DNA from: Felis catus
Taxonomy: Eukaryota
Assembly (NCBI RefSeq): GCF_018350175.1
Contig: NC_058368.1
Coordinates: 142,292,001 to 142,356,000, forward strand
DNA: 64,000 bases
Direction of reading: 5' to 3'
Shown here one piece after another: positions 12,117 through 24,017 of this stretch. A program made the position numbers and the translations under genes. A model generated the notes under the pieces. It was not told where the DNA came from. It did not search any database and worked only from the letters and a program-made list of their open reading frames with translations. Position 1 is the first letter of the stretch; every line of letters begins with the position of its first letter.

Positions 12117-12245
12117 GGGCTGCCTGGGTGGCTCAGTTGGTTGAGCATCCAACTCTTGATTTCAGCTCAGGTCATGATTACAGGGTTGTAGAATCAAGCC
12201 CTTCATCAGGCTCCACTCTGAGCATGGAGCCTACTTGAGATTCTG

Positions 12246-12290
<45 letters not shown>

Positions 12291-12362
12291 CTCTCCCCCC
12301 CCCCCCCACTCTGCCCCTATACCTTGCTTGTGCTCTTTCTCAAAAATAAACATCTAAAAAAA
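12117..12362 (+). mobile_element. CanSINE with expanded (CT)n and C run
   Basis: gggctgcctgggtggctcagttggttgag head, (CT)n linker, aataaacatctaaaaaa tail. Confidence 0.92.
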
Positions 12363-12568
12363 TTTTTTTAAGTTTATTTATTTTGAGAGAGAGCAAGAGA
12401 GAGAGAGAGCACACACAAGTATGAGCCAGGGGAGGGGCGGAGAAAGAGAGCCAAGCAGGCTCCATGTTGTCAGCACAGAGCCAAATGCAGGGCTCGATCT
12501 CACAAACCATGAGATCATGACCTGAGCCAAAGTTGGACTCTTAACTGATTGAGCCACCCAGGCGCCCC
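12363..12568 (-). mobile_element. CanSINE inserted antisense into the tail of the preceding SINE
   Basis: Ends in caggcgcccc; the tail motif aataaacat(c/t)taaaaaaatt is duplicated on both sides. Confidence 0.92.
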
Positions 12569-13019
12569 TCAGAATAAATAAACATTTAAAAAAATTGTTT
12601 AAATGGTTGACTACTGACTGATTTTCGTTACTTATGCTTTCTAAATTGAATGGCAATTCAGATGTGAGATTTCATTTGTTAGGAAAATTTTTGTTTAATC
12701 AAGTGAAAGTTTTGTTTAATTTCAATCCTATTTTCTGATTTGCTGCAAAATAGTATTTTGTTCTTTGTATCCTCCTTGACTCTTCTTAAAAGAGAGTGTT
12801 TTAGAGAACTGAAATTATCACAAATGAAAAGAAAATATGTAAGCTCACCTTATATAGAAAACACTACAGTGAGCATTTGAAGTTAATTTAATTTAGACAT
12901 TCACATCCTGTTGATTGATCATTGGCTTTCTTGGGCAAAATGGAATTGAAATAATAGCCTACAGATAGATTTATCACATGGTTAAAAACATTAACTTCAC
13001 AAAGACAGGTCTCAGCATT

Positions 13020-13425
13020 TCTGTTACCAGCTCTGTATTTGGATCATTTAACTTCTCTAAATCTGTTTATTCATCAGTAAAAGGGAGTCAATTTTTAAAA
13101 ATTTTTTAAAATGTTTATTTTTGAGAGAGAGAGCACAAGCTGGGGAGGGGCAGAGAGAGAGAGAGAGGGGGAGACAGAATCTGAAGCAGGCTCCAGGCTC
13201 TGAGCTGTTTTGTACAGAGCCTGATGCAGGGCTTGAACCCACAAATTGTGAGAACATGACATGAGCTGAAGTCAGATGCTTAACCGACTGAGCCACCCAG
13301 GTGCCCCAAAAGGGAGTCAGTATTGTTGCCTACCTCACAGCGGGTATTGTAAAAATGAAATGGCTAATTCATGTGTTTGCCATGGTCACTGACACATAAT
13401 TTTCAATCAATATTAACTTTTATTA
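13020..13425 (+). mobile_element. MIR split by a CanSINE
   Basis: MIR core-like catttaacttctct...catcagtaaaaggg...cctacctcacag...ggtattgt. Confidence 0.6.
13091..13307 (-). mobile_element. CanSINE
   Basis: TSD aaagggagtca. Confidence 0.93.
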
Positions 13426-13514
13426 CAAAATATAGACTCGGTTAAGTGTAAAGGATATAGACCTTGAACCTCAGGTCTAGGTTTAAAATTGTTTAAGTTT
13501 AAAATTTCATTACT

Positions 13515-13714
13515 GGGGGGCCTGCTGGGTGGTTTGTTGGTTAAACGTTCGACTCTTGATTTCGGTTCGAGTCACGATTTCATGGTTTGTGAGATCAAGC
13601 CCTGTGTTGGGCTCTATGCTGAGACAGTGTAGAGCCTGCTTGGTTTTCTTTCTATTCCTTTCCCTCTCCCTTTTTCTGTCCCTTCCCTGTTCTCTCTCTC
13701 TCTCTCTCTCTCTG

Positions 13715-13766
<52 letters not shown>

Positions 13767-13796
13767 TCTCTGAAAATAAATCAGTAAAAAAAAAAT
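13515..13796 (+). mobile_element. CanSINE with internal (CT)n(CA)n microsatellite
   Basis: SINE head, about 22 CA units at 13717-13760, TSD aaaattt(c/t)attac. Confidence 0.92.
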
Positions 13797-14389
13797 TTTA
13801 TTACATGTAAACTTTTTATTTCCTTCTGCTTTTGGAAAAGCATAGACAGGAGGAAGACAGAGTGTAGGGATCTAGGGTCTCTTTCATCCCAGTGTTATGC
13901 TTTTTCATTTAGACTAATTTAGTGAATGATTTTTAAATGGTTTTTATGTCACAGACTCCATTATGAATATAAAAATTTTGAGTCCTTTTTTTTAAAGAAA
14001 AAATATATATGCAAAATTTTATGCACAATTTGGGTGGGTTTTGTGCTCTTTCCTTTTAAAGCTTACCTGTGGAGCACCTGTTCAAAAAGAATTGATTTCA
14101 GCACAAAATTATTAGAGTGAAAATGGGGTTGGTTTCTAGAGTGTTGCATTCCAAAGTAACAGTAATTAAGACCACGAAAGTAGCTGTACTTTGTAGGTTC
14201 TATTTTATTCTAATGTTATGACATCAGCAGGAATCTCACGTATTACTTTGTTCTCTTAATAGTAATGAAGTTACCCACCATGTCCCATGCTCATGATCTT
14301 ATCAGAGGCCAGATATCACTTGTGTGAGCACAATATTCTACGAACAAAACAATTTTAGTGCAGTTTTGTACTAGTGTAGTAGAGGTACC

Positions 14390-14620
14390 AACAAGTAACA
14401 TTTATTGATTACTTAGAATGTGCCTCCATATTCCCTGTTAAGCCCTTTATATTCATTTCATCCATTTAAAAGTAGATTCCACTGTTACTCCCATTTTGTC
14501 AGTAGAAAATCTCAGACTTAGGTTTCGATTTTCTTGAAACTATACAACTTTGAGTTGGAGATTCTGGATTTAAGCCCAAGTCTGTCTCTAAAGCTACATG
14601 CTCTTAGTTACCATGCCAAG
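14390..14620 (-). mobile_element. MIR
   Basis: catttattga...actccattttgtcag...ggatttaagcccaagtctgtctctaaagctacatgctcttag pattern. Confidence 0.6.
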
Positions 14621-15829
14621 TTACTGAAGACAAAACATTTGGTATTTTACTTAACTTGTGCTGCCTTATCATGGTTAAATGTGAAATTTCCATTAGCTCT
14701 TTTGAAATAATGACCTACCTTGTCTTCTCTGCCTCTTCAAACCATAGTTAATATCGCTGATACTGATATATAATATGAAATAAACTTTATATAAGATTAT
14801 ATAAATCTGTTTTCTGAGAATTTAATATGAAAATTTTGGGGAGGACTTTTTTGTTAAAAGGTGTGTTATAACTTGGCAGTATATTATTTGAAGACATTAA
14901 ACCAAAACCAGCTGGCTTGAGATTTGGTTTTCCAATAGATTTTAATCTGGAAGAGCTCAGATGGCAAGTAGCAGAAAGCTTTTATTGTTTATTTATTTAT
15001 TTATACTGATGAAATAGATTACATAGGTGGGTTTATTGTGAATAAATATAATTACTTACATAAATACTTGATTGTAAACTGAGGCAGATTACAGTTTAAA
15101 ACCACTTAGCTTAAATCAATAGTGATTTTCTAACTAACTATTTGTACTCTCATCTTCTTTGGCTTAAAGTGGCTATATACAAGCTTTGTTATTTAAACAT
15201 TTTGTTTACTAATCTTTTCATGTATACAAGACCCACTGCTTTTGGTTGTGGATACCAATAGAAGTCTTTAGGCAGCCCGATGATGTTTTACTTCCTGGAC
15301 TTTTTCTGATTTTGGCTCAGGTACAGCCGTCTACCTGGGTGTCTTGTGGCATTTACACATTTCTTCAGCCTTAGCTGGCTTTTCCTTCAAACATCTCAAA
15401 TGAACTTGATATTCATGTGATGATTGTATTGCTCAAGTTTGTTAATTTACACTTTATAGCGTTTTCCACTATTTGGTATACAGGGAGTTATTTATACTTA
15501 ATATACTTTTTAACATTGTGATTAGCTCACTTTTTTGCATTTTTGATAATTTTTAGGCTTTTGGCAGGGAATGTACAACCCATGTTGTAAAACTGTTTTC
15601 ACAGTAGAGTCAGATTCACATGCTCTTATATCATGTTGATACAATGGCCTATATTTTCAGTGACTGCTTGTATGTTGAAAATGAGGCAACATTTTTAAAA
15701 TTTGAATTGGACTAACTTTGCATTTGTAATAATTTGAATAGATTATAGAGAAACCACTCTTGGGCACTCTTGGAGGTAAGAGTTCAGATAGTTAAGTGCT
15801 GGTATATGGAGTTTATATCTCAGAGAAAT

Positions 15830-15897
15830 TTGGCCATTTGAATGTCTTTGGTGAAGTGGCTGTTCATGTCTTCTGCCTATTGCTTCACTGGATTATT

Positions 15898-15949
<52 letters not shown>

Positions 15950-16640
15950 GAGTTCGATAAGTACTTTATAGTTTTTGGATACTAACCCTTTATCTGATAT
16001 GTCATTTGCAAATATCTTCTCCCATTCTGTCGGTTGCCTTTTAGTTTTGTTGATTGTATCCTTCGCTGTGTAGAAGCTTTTTATTTTGATCAGGTCCCAA
16101 TAGTTAATTTTTGCTTTTGTTTCCCTTGCCTCCGGAGACATGTTGAGTAAGAAGTTGGTGCAGCTGAGGTCAAAGAGGTTTTTGCCTGCTTTATCCTCAA
16201 GGATTTTGATGGCTGCCTGTCTTACATTTAAGTCTTTCATCCATTTTGAGTTTATTTTTGTGTATGGTATAAGAAAGTGGTCCAGGTTCATTCTTCTGCA
16301 TGTCGCTGTCCAGTTTTCCCAGCAGCATTTGTTGAAGAGACTGTCTCTTTTCCGTTGGATATTCTTTCCTGCTTTGTCAGAGATTAGTTGACCCCATAGC
16401 TGTGGGTCCATTTCTAGGCTTTCTGTTCTGTTCCTTTGATCTGTGTGTCTTTGTTGTGCCACTACCATACTGTCTTGATCATTACAGTTTTGTGATACAG
16501 CTTGAAGTTCAGAATTGTGATGCCTCCCACTTTGCCTTTCTTTTTCAACATTACGTTGACTTTTCTAGTTCCTTAAAAATTTTAGAATTGTTTGTTCTAG
16601 CTCTGTGAAAAATGCTGTTATTATTTTGATATAGATTGCA
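15830..16640 (-). mobile_element. Internal felid-type L1 ORF2 fragment with (TG)n
   Basis: ORF 15893-16468 (DSLFNKCCWENWTATCRRMNLDHFLIPYTKINSKWMKDLNVR...KRQPTEWEKIFAN) is L1 ORF2p; (TG)n at 15902-15948. Confidence 0.92.
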
Positions 16641-16654
16641 AAAACAGCATTTTT

Positions 16655-16874
16655 TAAAAAAATTTTTTTTTCAACGTTTATTTATTTTTGGGACAGAGAG
16701 AGACAGACCATGAACGGGGGAGGGGCAGAGAGAGAGGGAGACACAGAATCGGAAACAGGCTCCAGGCTCTGAGCCATCAGCCCAGAGCCCGACGCGGGGT
16801 TTGAACTCACGGACCGCGAGATCGTGACCTGGCTGAAGTCGGACGCTTAACCGACTGCGCCACCCAGGCGCCCC
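16655..16874 (-). mobile_element. Young felid CanSINE (SINEC_Fc)
   Basis: Intact and CpG-rich; TSD aaaaacagcattttt. Confidence 0.95.
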
Positions 16875-16888
16875 AAAAACAGCATTTT

Positions 16889-17985
16889 TAAAAGTTTATT
16901 TTGAGAGAGAGTGAGAGAGAGAGAGAACATGTGCAGTGTCGTAGACTCTAAGTCTAAAGTTCTCTTTTGGCCAGCAAAAGAGTAGATGCAGGATTAAAGC
17001 AATAGATGGCTAATGTCTGGGAAAAGACACGAGCCCCGAATAAGGGTCCTTGCCCTGTATTTATTCAGATCAGAAAGCTTACAAATGTGATGGGTGTGTA
17101 CAAAGAGACAAAGAAACTGGGAATATCAACTTGGGGACGTGAGGGAAAAGGGATTTTTTTTGAAGATATATGGTGTTGGGGTTTGGGTCCATATAAAACA
17201 AAATCCTGGCGCCGGGCAGATGGGCAGATGATTGTTAACAGCAGACAGGAGGCGCCGTGTCTGTTTAACGTAGCTATCCTAGGGGATGAGACAGATAGGG
17301 GGAATAACCTCAGGATTAATAAGGCACCTTTTCTTTTGTTAACCATGTCTGCTCTGGGCTGCGTTGCTTGCAGTGTAGTTAGTGGTCCATAGTCCAGTTC
17401 ACCAATTTACCTAACTTGGCCTTATCCTCCTGTGAAAGCAGCTTTTCTGCTATAGTATTTGGGGGTGCTTCCACCCTGAATTGGGGTGCTTCCACCCTGA
17501 ATATCTAATCTCGTTTATTTCATATACCTATGTATTGGGCACCTTTGCGCCTGTTCCTGTTTAGGGTCTTTGCCCCTCCCTGTCTGTTCTGGGGGATCTG
17601 CACCCCCTTTCTATTTCGGGGTGCCTTTGTACCTCCCTATTCTTGGCTCCTTGCACCTCCCTATTCTTGGGGTGGCTTTGCATCCCCCCATTCTTGGGGT
17701 GGCAATCTGGTTTACCCAAACTCGGGTGTGAGCATTTTATGGCTTTGTATTTTTTTACGCCTTGTTAACCCATTGATGTAAGCCTGGGGGATTCCTAAGC
17801 TTATCCCCCACAGTGCACACGAGCAGGGGAGGGGCAGAGAAAGAGGGAACGAGAATCCCAAGCAGGCTGTGTGCTATCAGTGCAGAGCTTCTGACATAGG
17901 GCTCAGTCTCACAGACTGTGAGATTATGATTTGAACTGATATCAAGAGTCAGATGCCTAAGTGACTGAGCCACCCAGGAGCTCCC
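16889..17985 (-). mobile_element. Older CanSINE split by an LTR (pieces 16889-16936 and 17813-17985)
   Basis: Tail and GA linker lie left of the LTR, the head lies right of it; TSD aaaa(c/t)agcattttta. Confidence 0.88.
16937..17812 (-). mobile_element. Solo endogenous retrovirus LTR, 876 bp, probably class II (ERV2/ERVK-like)
   Basis: Minus strand starts TGTGGGG and ends CGACA. Flanking gtgcag / gtgcac fits a 6-bp TSD with one mismatch. Minus-strand AATAAA at plus 17060-17065, tandem U3-like repeats at 17460-17700. Confidence 0.8.
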
Positions 17986-18494
17986 AAAATAGCATTTTTA
18001 TATTGTGAACTTTTTTGTTGTGGGACTTACTTGTTTTTTGTTGGTTAAGTTTTCTAAGTTTTATAGTCAGTAAGTAATACCAGCCTTGGTGTAATATATT
18101 ACTGGTAGAATTACTGTGAAAGTGGAACGATTTGATTTAAATCTAATATAGAAAACATTAGTCATAAACTACTAAAATCTGCTTCTTTTGTGTGCTTTGG
18201 AGAAATGACTGATTCTAGAACAGGGAAAATACAACATGAGCAGAGATTAAGTGCTTAAGCAAACAGATTCTGAAAGGCTAAAGCTGGAATAATTTTAGCA
18301 ACAAAATGATAGTGTTTAATTTTAACCCAAAGAGTAGAAAAATATCCATGAGTCCATACGGATATAAACAAATGGAGCTGAAAGGACAGATCTTTCTTAC
18401 AGAATTTGAAATCATAAATGTGGATTCTCCTCTTTCTAAGCAGTAGTGCTTAATTGTCCTCTCTTTGAATGGGGAGTAGACTTAGTGACTCACC

Positions 18495-18717
18495 TTTTTT
18501 TCTTTAATTTTTTTAAAAAAATTTATTAATTTTTGAGAAACAGAGAGTGAGTGGGGGAGGGGCAGAGAGAGAGAGAGGGAGACACAGAATTGGAAGCAGG
18601 CTCCAGACTCTGAGCTGTCAGCACAGAGCCCGTTGCGTGTCTCGGACTCCTGAACTGTAAGGTCATAACCTGAGCTGAAGTTGGACGCTTAACCGACTGA
18701 GCCACCCAGGCGCCCCC
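18495..18717 (-). mobile_element. CanSINE
   Basis: Antisense SINE ending in caggcgcccc. Confidence 0.92.
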
Positions 18718-19170
18718 AACATAATGACCCATTTTAAAAGCTGAGTACATGTGTGCTGGGCAGAAAAGAGGACTATATTGAGCATTTTAGACACAGTATA
18801 AATAAAAGCATTGACATAGCAAGACATGTTCTTCAGTTTATTTTATGAAGACAGAGATATGCTTGGTTACATTATTTGGACTTCATCCTGTAGTCGGTGG
18901 TTCAAACATTGGAAGATATAATCATCACCTAGGAAGCTTTCCTGTAAACACAGTTTTACAATATGACATGGAGGTGGATCTTGAAATAAGATACTGAGAA
19001 GCAATCTAGGTTAGAGAAAGAGGTCAGATGCCATTAAAAAAACAAAGAGAGACTTGAGAAAGTTCATTGGAAATTCATAGGTTGGTCATGACTTTGAAGT
19101 ACCTTTGGAGGAATATATTACGAGAGGCCATGTTGCAGTGGATTGAGAAGTGAATAGGAATGGGGTCTGT

Positions 19171-19862
19171 AAAATGAACAAGTCAGGAGATGATAGATGT
19201 TGGAGAGGATGTGGAGAAATGGGAACCCTGTTGCACTGTTAGTGGGAATGAAAACTGGTGCAGCCACTCTGGAAAACAGTGTGGAGGTTCCTCAAGAAAT
19301 TAAAAATAGATCTATCCTATGACCCAACACTAGCACTGCTAGGAATTTACCCAAGGGATAAGGAGTGCTGAGGCACAGGGGCACTTGTACCCCAGTGTTT
19401 ATAGGAGCACTTTCATCAATAGCCAAATTATGGAAAGAGCCTAAATGCCCATCAACTGATGAATGGATAAAGAAGTTGTGGTTTATATATACAATGGAAT
19501 ACTACTTGTCAATGAGAAAGAATGAAATATGGGCTTTTGTAGCAACGTGGATGGAACTAGGGAGTATTATGCGAAGTGAAATAAGGTAGAGAAAGACATA
19601 TACCATATGTTTTCATTCATATGTGGATCCTGAGAAACTTAACAGAAGACCATGGGGGAGGGGAAGAGGGGAAAAAAATAAAAGTTACAGAGAGGGAAGG
19701 AGGCAAACCATAAGAGACTCTTAAATACTGAGAACATACTGAGACTCTTAAAACTGAGGGTTGGGGGGGGTGGGGGAGAGAGGAAAGTGGGTGATGGGCA
19801 TTGAGGAGGGCACCTGTTGGGATGAGCACTGGGTGTTGTATAGAAACCAATTTGACAATAAA
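19171..19862 (+). mobile_element. Felid L1 3' end (5'-truncated)
   Basis: ORF 19365-19589 (CTPVFIGALSSIAKLWKEPKCPSTDEWIKKLWFIYTMEYY) plus 3' UTR ending aatttgacaataaa. TSD about ataggaatggggtctgta / ataggagtgggatgtgta. Confidence 0.93.
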
Positions 19863-19863
19863 T

Positions 19864-19902
<39 letters not shown>

Positions 19903-19984
19903 ATAAATATATATATACATATATATATACATAAATATATATATACATATATATACACACACACACACGCATATATATATATAT
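19863..19984. repeat. Compound (TA)n(TG)n...(CA)n(TA)n microsatellite at the L1 tail
   Basis: Direct reading. Confidence 0.95.
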
Positions 19985-20479
19985 AGGAGTGGGATGTGTA
20001 GAGGAAATCAAGACTTATTGGTGAGAAGGAGGGAGATCAAGGAGGTGGAAGTTAAGCAGGGAAGACAGGGCTAAAGGAAGGCTATTTGAAGATGAAAACT
20101 CTGTGTTTATACACTGGGAAGATCCTAGTGGAAGAAGTGAAGACACTTAGGGAACAAGATGAGTAACTACTGAAGTAGAATGCTCTAGAGGAATAGAGTG
20201 ATGGACTAAATATTTTTATGCAAGTGTCGATTTCGACATGAGTGATACTGCCTCCTCATAGATAAGCAGTAAGAAAGGTTGGTGGCATATATAAACTTGG
20301 AACGTCATTGTATTGAGCAGGAAGTTGAGGTTTATTTCTGTGTCTTCTGGTTTTGTATTTGATGAGGGAAACGGAGTTTTATGCTGGTACTGAGTAAGTT
20401 GAAATTTTAAGGACCTTGAAATATGTGTTCAGGCATTGGAATGGTCACTGTGATAAAAAGAGAATGGAGTAAATTTGCG

Positions 20480-22530
20480 ACAGTTGAAAATCTTACCAAA
20501 CAAATCAAATAAAGTAATATGTTAAAAAGATAGCGTATCATGATCAAGTGGATACAGCTTTTCAAGGAATTCATGGTTGGTTTGACATTAAATAATTTAC
20601 CATACTATAAACTGAAATAGAAAAATCATAAGATTATCTTAATTGATGTTAAAATACAACGTGAAAATATTCAACACTCAGTCACTCAGGATGAAAACAA
20701 GGCATCTATGAAAAATTATAACAGTTTTAACACCATACTTAATGCTCAAAGACTATATCCTTCTACCTAAGGTGAAGAACAGGATAAAGATGTTCATTCT
20801 CAACACTTCCATAAAACATTGTAGTGGAAATCCTGGCCAGTATAAACAGGCAAGAAAAAGAAAGAAAAGGCATCCAGATTAGGAAGGAAGAAGTAAAACT
20901 ATTTGCAGATCTCTTGTTCATGTATATAGAAAATATAATAGGAGAAGTATACCTTGTTAGTAGTTTGGAAGGTTTGATGTTACTGTGATTTGAATTCTCT
21001 CAAAATGGATCTGTAGATGCAATGCAATTCCAGTAAAAATCCCAGCAGGTTGTTTTTATGGAATTGAACAGGTGATTCTGAAAGGTATAGAGAAATATAA
21101 AAGCCTAGAATGACAAAAACAACTTTGAAAAAGGGCAATAAGTTTGGATAGCTAACATCACTTAATTTGAAGACTTAATTGAAAACCACCATAATCATAA
21201 GTGTGATACTGACGTAAAGGAAGGCAGGTAGAACAGTAGGACAGAACAGTGTCCAGAAATAAACCCACCCATATATAGATTATTGATTTTTCAAAAAGAT
21301 AAAATGGTAATGTAGTGCTGAAAGGATAGTCTTTTAAAGAAATGCTGTGTAAATAAGAAAAAACTTTAACCCATACCTCATACTATATTTTAAAAAATTA
21401 ATTCAAAAGGGAACATAAGCTTAAATGCAAAACTGAAAGTATAAAACCTTCAGAGAAAAAAAAACTCTTGTGTTTTTGGCTTTGTCAAAGATTTCTCAGA
21501 TAAAACAGTAATTTCAAGATCCATAAAAGAACTAACTCATAAATTAGAGTTCATAAAAAGGCAAAACTTCTGCTCTTTAAAAGACACCCTACAAAGAATG
21601 AAAAGACAAGCCAGAGACAGAGAAAATCCTGCCAGACATTTATCTGATAAGTGAGTGGTATGTCCAAACTCATAAAACCTAACAATAAGAGGAAAAGACA
21701 GTTAAAACCTTGAAAAAAGATGTGAACAGTCCATGACAGAAGGTAGATGTATGGATGGCAAAAAGTGGATGAAAAAGTGCTCAACAACATTAGCTATTAG
21801 GAAATGCAAATTCAAACTACATGAGATAGCATTATATACCTATAAGATTGACTAAAATTTAAAGGGTTGACTATACCAAGTGTTGGTGAGATGTGTGGAA
21901 GAACTGGAATATTCATACAGTGCCACTGTGACTATAAAACTGAATAACCTCTCTGGAAAACAGTTTGGCAGTTTGTTAAAAAGTTAAAACATATACCTTT
22001 TAGGTGACCTATCTGTTCTACTTTTAGATAGTTACCCAAGAGAAAAGGAACTTTACGTTCATGTGAAGATTTATACATGAATGTTAATAGCAGTTTTATT
22101 TGTCATAGTAAAAAACTAGATTTAACTTCAAAGTCCATCAGTAGTTGAATGAATAAACAAACTGTGGTCTATCTATACAGTGGAATACTACTCAGTGAAG
22201 AGTAATGAACTCAATACATGCAGCAACACAAATGAATCTCAGAATAATTGGGTGGAGTAAAAGAAAGCAGACAAAAAGGTATATTCTGTATGATCTCATT
22301 TATGTAAAATTGTAAAATATGAAAACTGTAGTGACAGTAAACAGTGAGTGAAATGAAGACGGAGAGATTATCCAGGTGCACAAGGAGACTTTTGGAAAAT
22401 ACTCATTATTTTGTTGATGTAGATTCGTGGGTATATCATATGTCAAACTTTATCAAAATGTGTATTTAAAGTATTTGCTGTTTGTTGTATAATTATAACT
22501 CAAACAGTTTAATAATTGAAAAGAAAACAA
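20480..22530 (+). mobile_element. Old L1 (L1MC/ME-like), ORF2 3' half and 3' end
   Basis: A-rich degenerate L1 motifs (aaagaaaagaaaaggcatccagattaggaaggaagaagtaaaact; aacattagctattaggaaatgcaaattcaaactac; ctgtggtct...acagtggaatactactcag). Confidence 0.8.
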
Positions 22531-22792
22531 AATTTTTTTGCCATGATGTTTGTGGTACAGTTGAAAAGTGAAAGGACCAAAAATGAGGTTGGAGTTACAG
22601 TGTCATCATTGAGTATTGGAAAAAGGGTTCACGTACATTATTATGATAGCCTTTAGTGGTTGCCAGTGGTATTTTTAAAAATATTTTTATTTCTTAATGT
22701 TTAAATTAAGTCTTTCTTCATGTGAATATAAAAGTACTGAGAAAAATGACATTTTCCTCTGTTTTCTCCCCTCCCCCCCCTTTTTTTTAAAG

Positions 22793-22894
22793 GAGTGACA
22801 GTTCATTCAGATTCTTTGTATTCTTCTTCGTCTATATTTGTCAGTTTGCTGTTCATGTACTCCAAGCTGCAGGATTTCATAATTGGGGCAACTG
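22793..22894 (+). CDS. SCAMP1: SCAMP1 internal coding exon (third from last; exon 7 in usual numbering), 102 nt
   Basis: Pyrimidine tract with AAG acceptor (AG at 22791-22792) and GTAAGC donor at 22895. Translates (R)[33 protein letters not shown](C), matching the SCAMP1 TM3 region as I recall it. Phase 2 at both ends. Confidence 0.97.
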
Positions 22895-23087
22895 GTAAGC
22901 CGTTTACTTTAATTACTCTAGTTTTAATCTGTTTGTGTAGTACCTCTATATAATTTTTGGCTTTCTAAAAATAGTTAACATGGAAAAGCCAGATTATCAA
23001 AAGTAGAAATAGTAAAAAATGCAATTTAAAAAATGTCTAAGGCATAACCTTTGGGCAAACCATTCTATATGAAAATTAGGTTGCCAT

Positions 23088-23322
23088 CTTTTTTTTTTTT
23101 TCAAGAAACAAACTTTTTTTTAAAGTTTATTTATTTAGAGAGTGAGCAGGGGAGCGGGGGAGAGAGAGAGAGAGGGAGGGAGGGAGGGGGGAGAACTCCA
23201 AGTAGGCTCTACACTGTTAGCTTGGAGTCCATTGTGGGGGTCAAACCCACATACTGTTGGAACATGACCTGAGCCAAAACTAAGAGCTGGATGCTCAACT
23301 GACTGAGCCACCCAGGTGCCCC
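23088..23322 (-). mobile_element. CanSINE
   Basis: TSD taggttgccat. Confidence 0.9.
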
Positions 23323-24017
23323 TAGGTTGCCATTTTTAAAAACAGCGTATTGTATCTAGTTTAAATGAAATGTATACATAACAGGTACTAAAAGGAAGAG
23401 TAAAAAGACTGAGGAGTGGTCAGAGCTGGGCCAAGGATTGTGGAGGGGAGAGGAAAGAACTTGTACGATTTAAAGGAAAAGAATACCTGTTATGTGTAAA
23501 GCACTATTTTAGGTATATAAACATATATTTCCATACAAACACATGCATGTGAACACTTGTCTTTGAAAAATGGTATCACTGCAATGCTCACTCTGGGAGA
23601 CCCTCAGAAACTGAAACTATTTGGACTCAAGCTAGGAGATAATAGCAAATTTGTATCTGTGTTCATACACTTTGGAACAATCATTCCTTGAATGAAAAAG
23701 TGGGTAGAAGAGTACACATCTCTAAAATTATCCCTTCCTCTCTTGTATTTTAATTGAGTTACATACAGTTGAGTTCTTATAAACAACACCATATACAAGA
23801 CAGTTTTGCTGCACTGTACATAAACTAAAATAAGCATGTAGCTGGAGTGAATTGAGGACTTAAGTTTAGTGTGCTACCACCAAATCACAATAGAGACTGG
23901 CAATCAGACAATTATCGGTAGCTTTGTGGATCTCCTAATGGGCATGTATACAGGTAGAGAATTTTTATAGATACCTTAAATCAGTTCTTGAAAAACGTAG
24001 CATTCGTTATCATTTCT

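Noticed and set aside
17460..17700. Regularly spaced short repeats resembling a CRISPR-like array
   Set aside because: Mammalian DNA, and the units are degenerate tandem repeats without unique spacers, inside an LTR.
17006..17781. ORFs of 128, 93 and 83 aa within the LTR
   Set aside because: No resemblance that I can recognise to gag, pol, env or a superantigen; one simply reflects the U3 repeats.
15830..19862. The antisense L1 fragment (15830-16640) and the sense L1 3' end (19171-19862) are nearly contiguous in L1 coordinates, suggesting one twin-primed inverted insertion
   Set aside because: They are separated by about 1 kb of older sequence, and the 19171 element has its own TSD-like flanks, so they are better explained as independent insertions.
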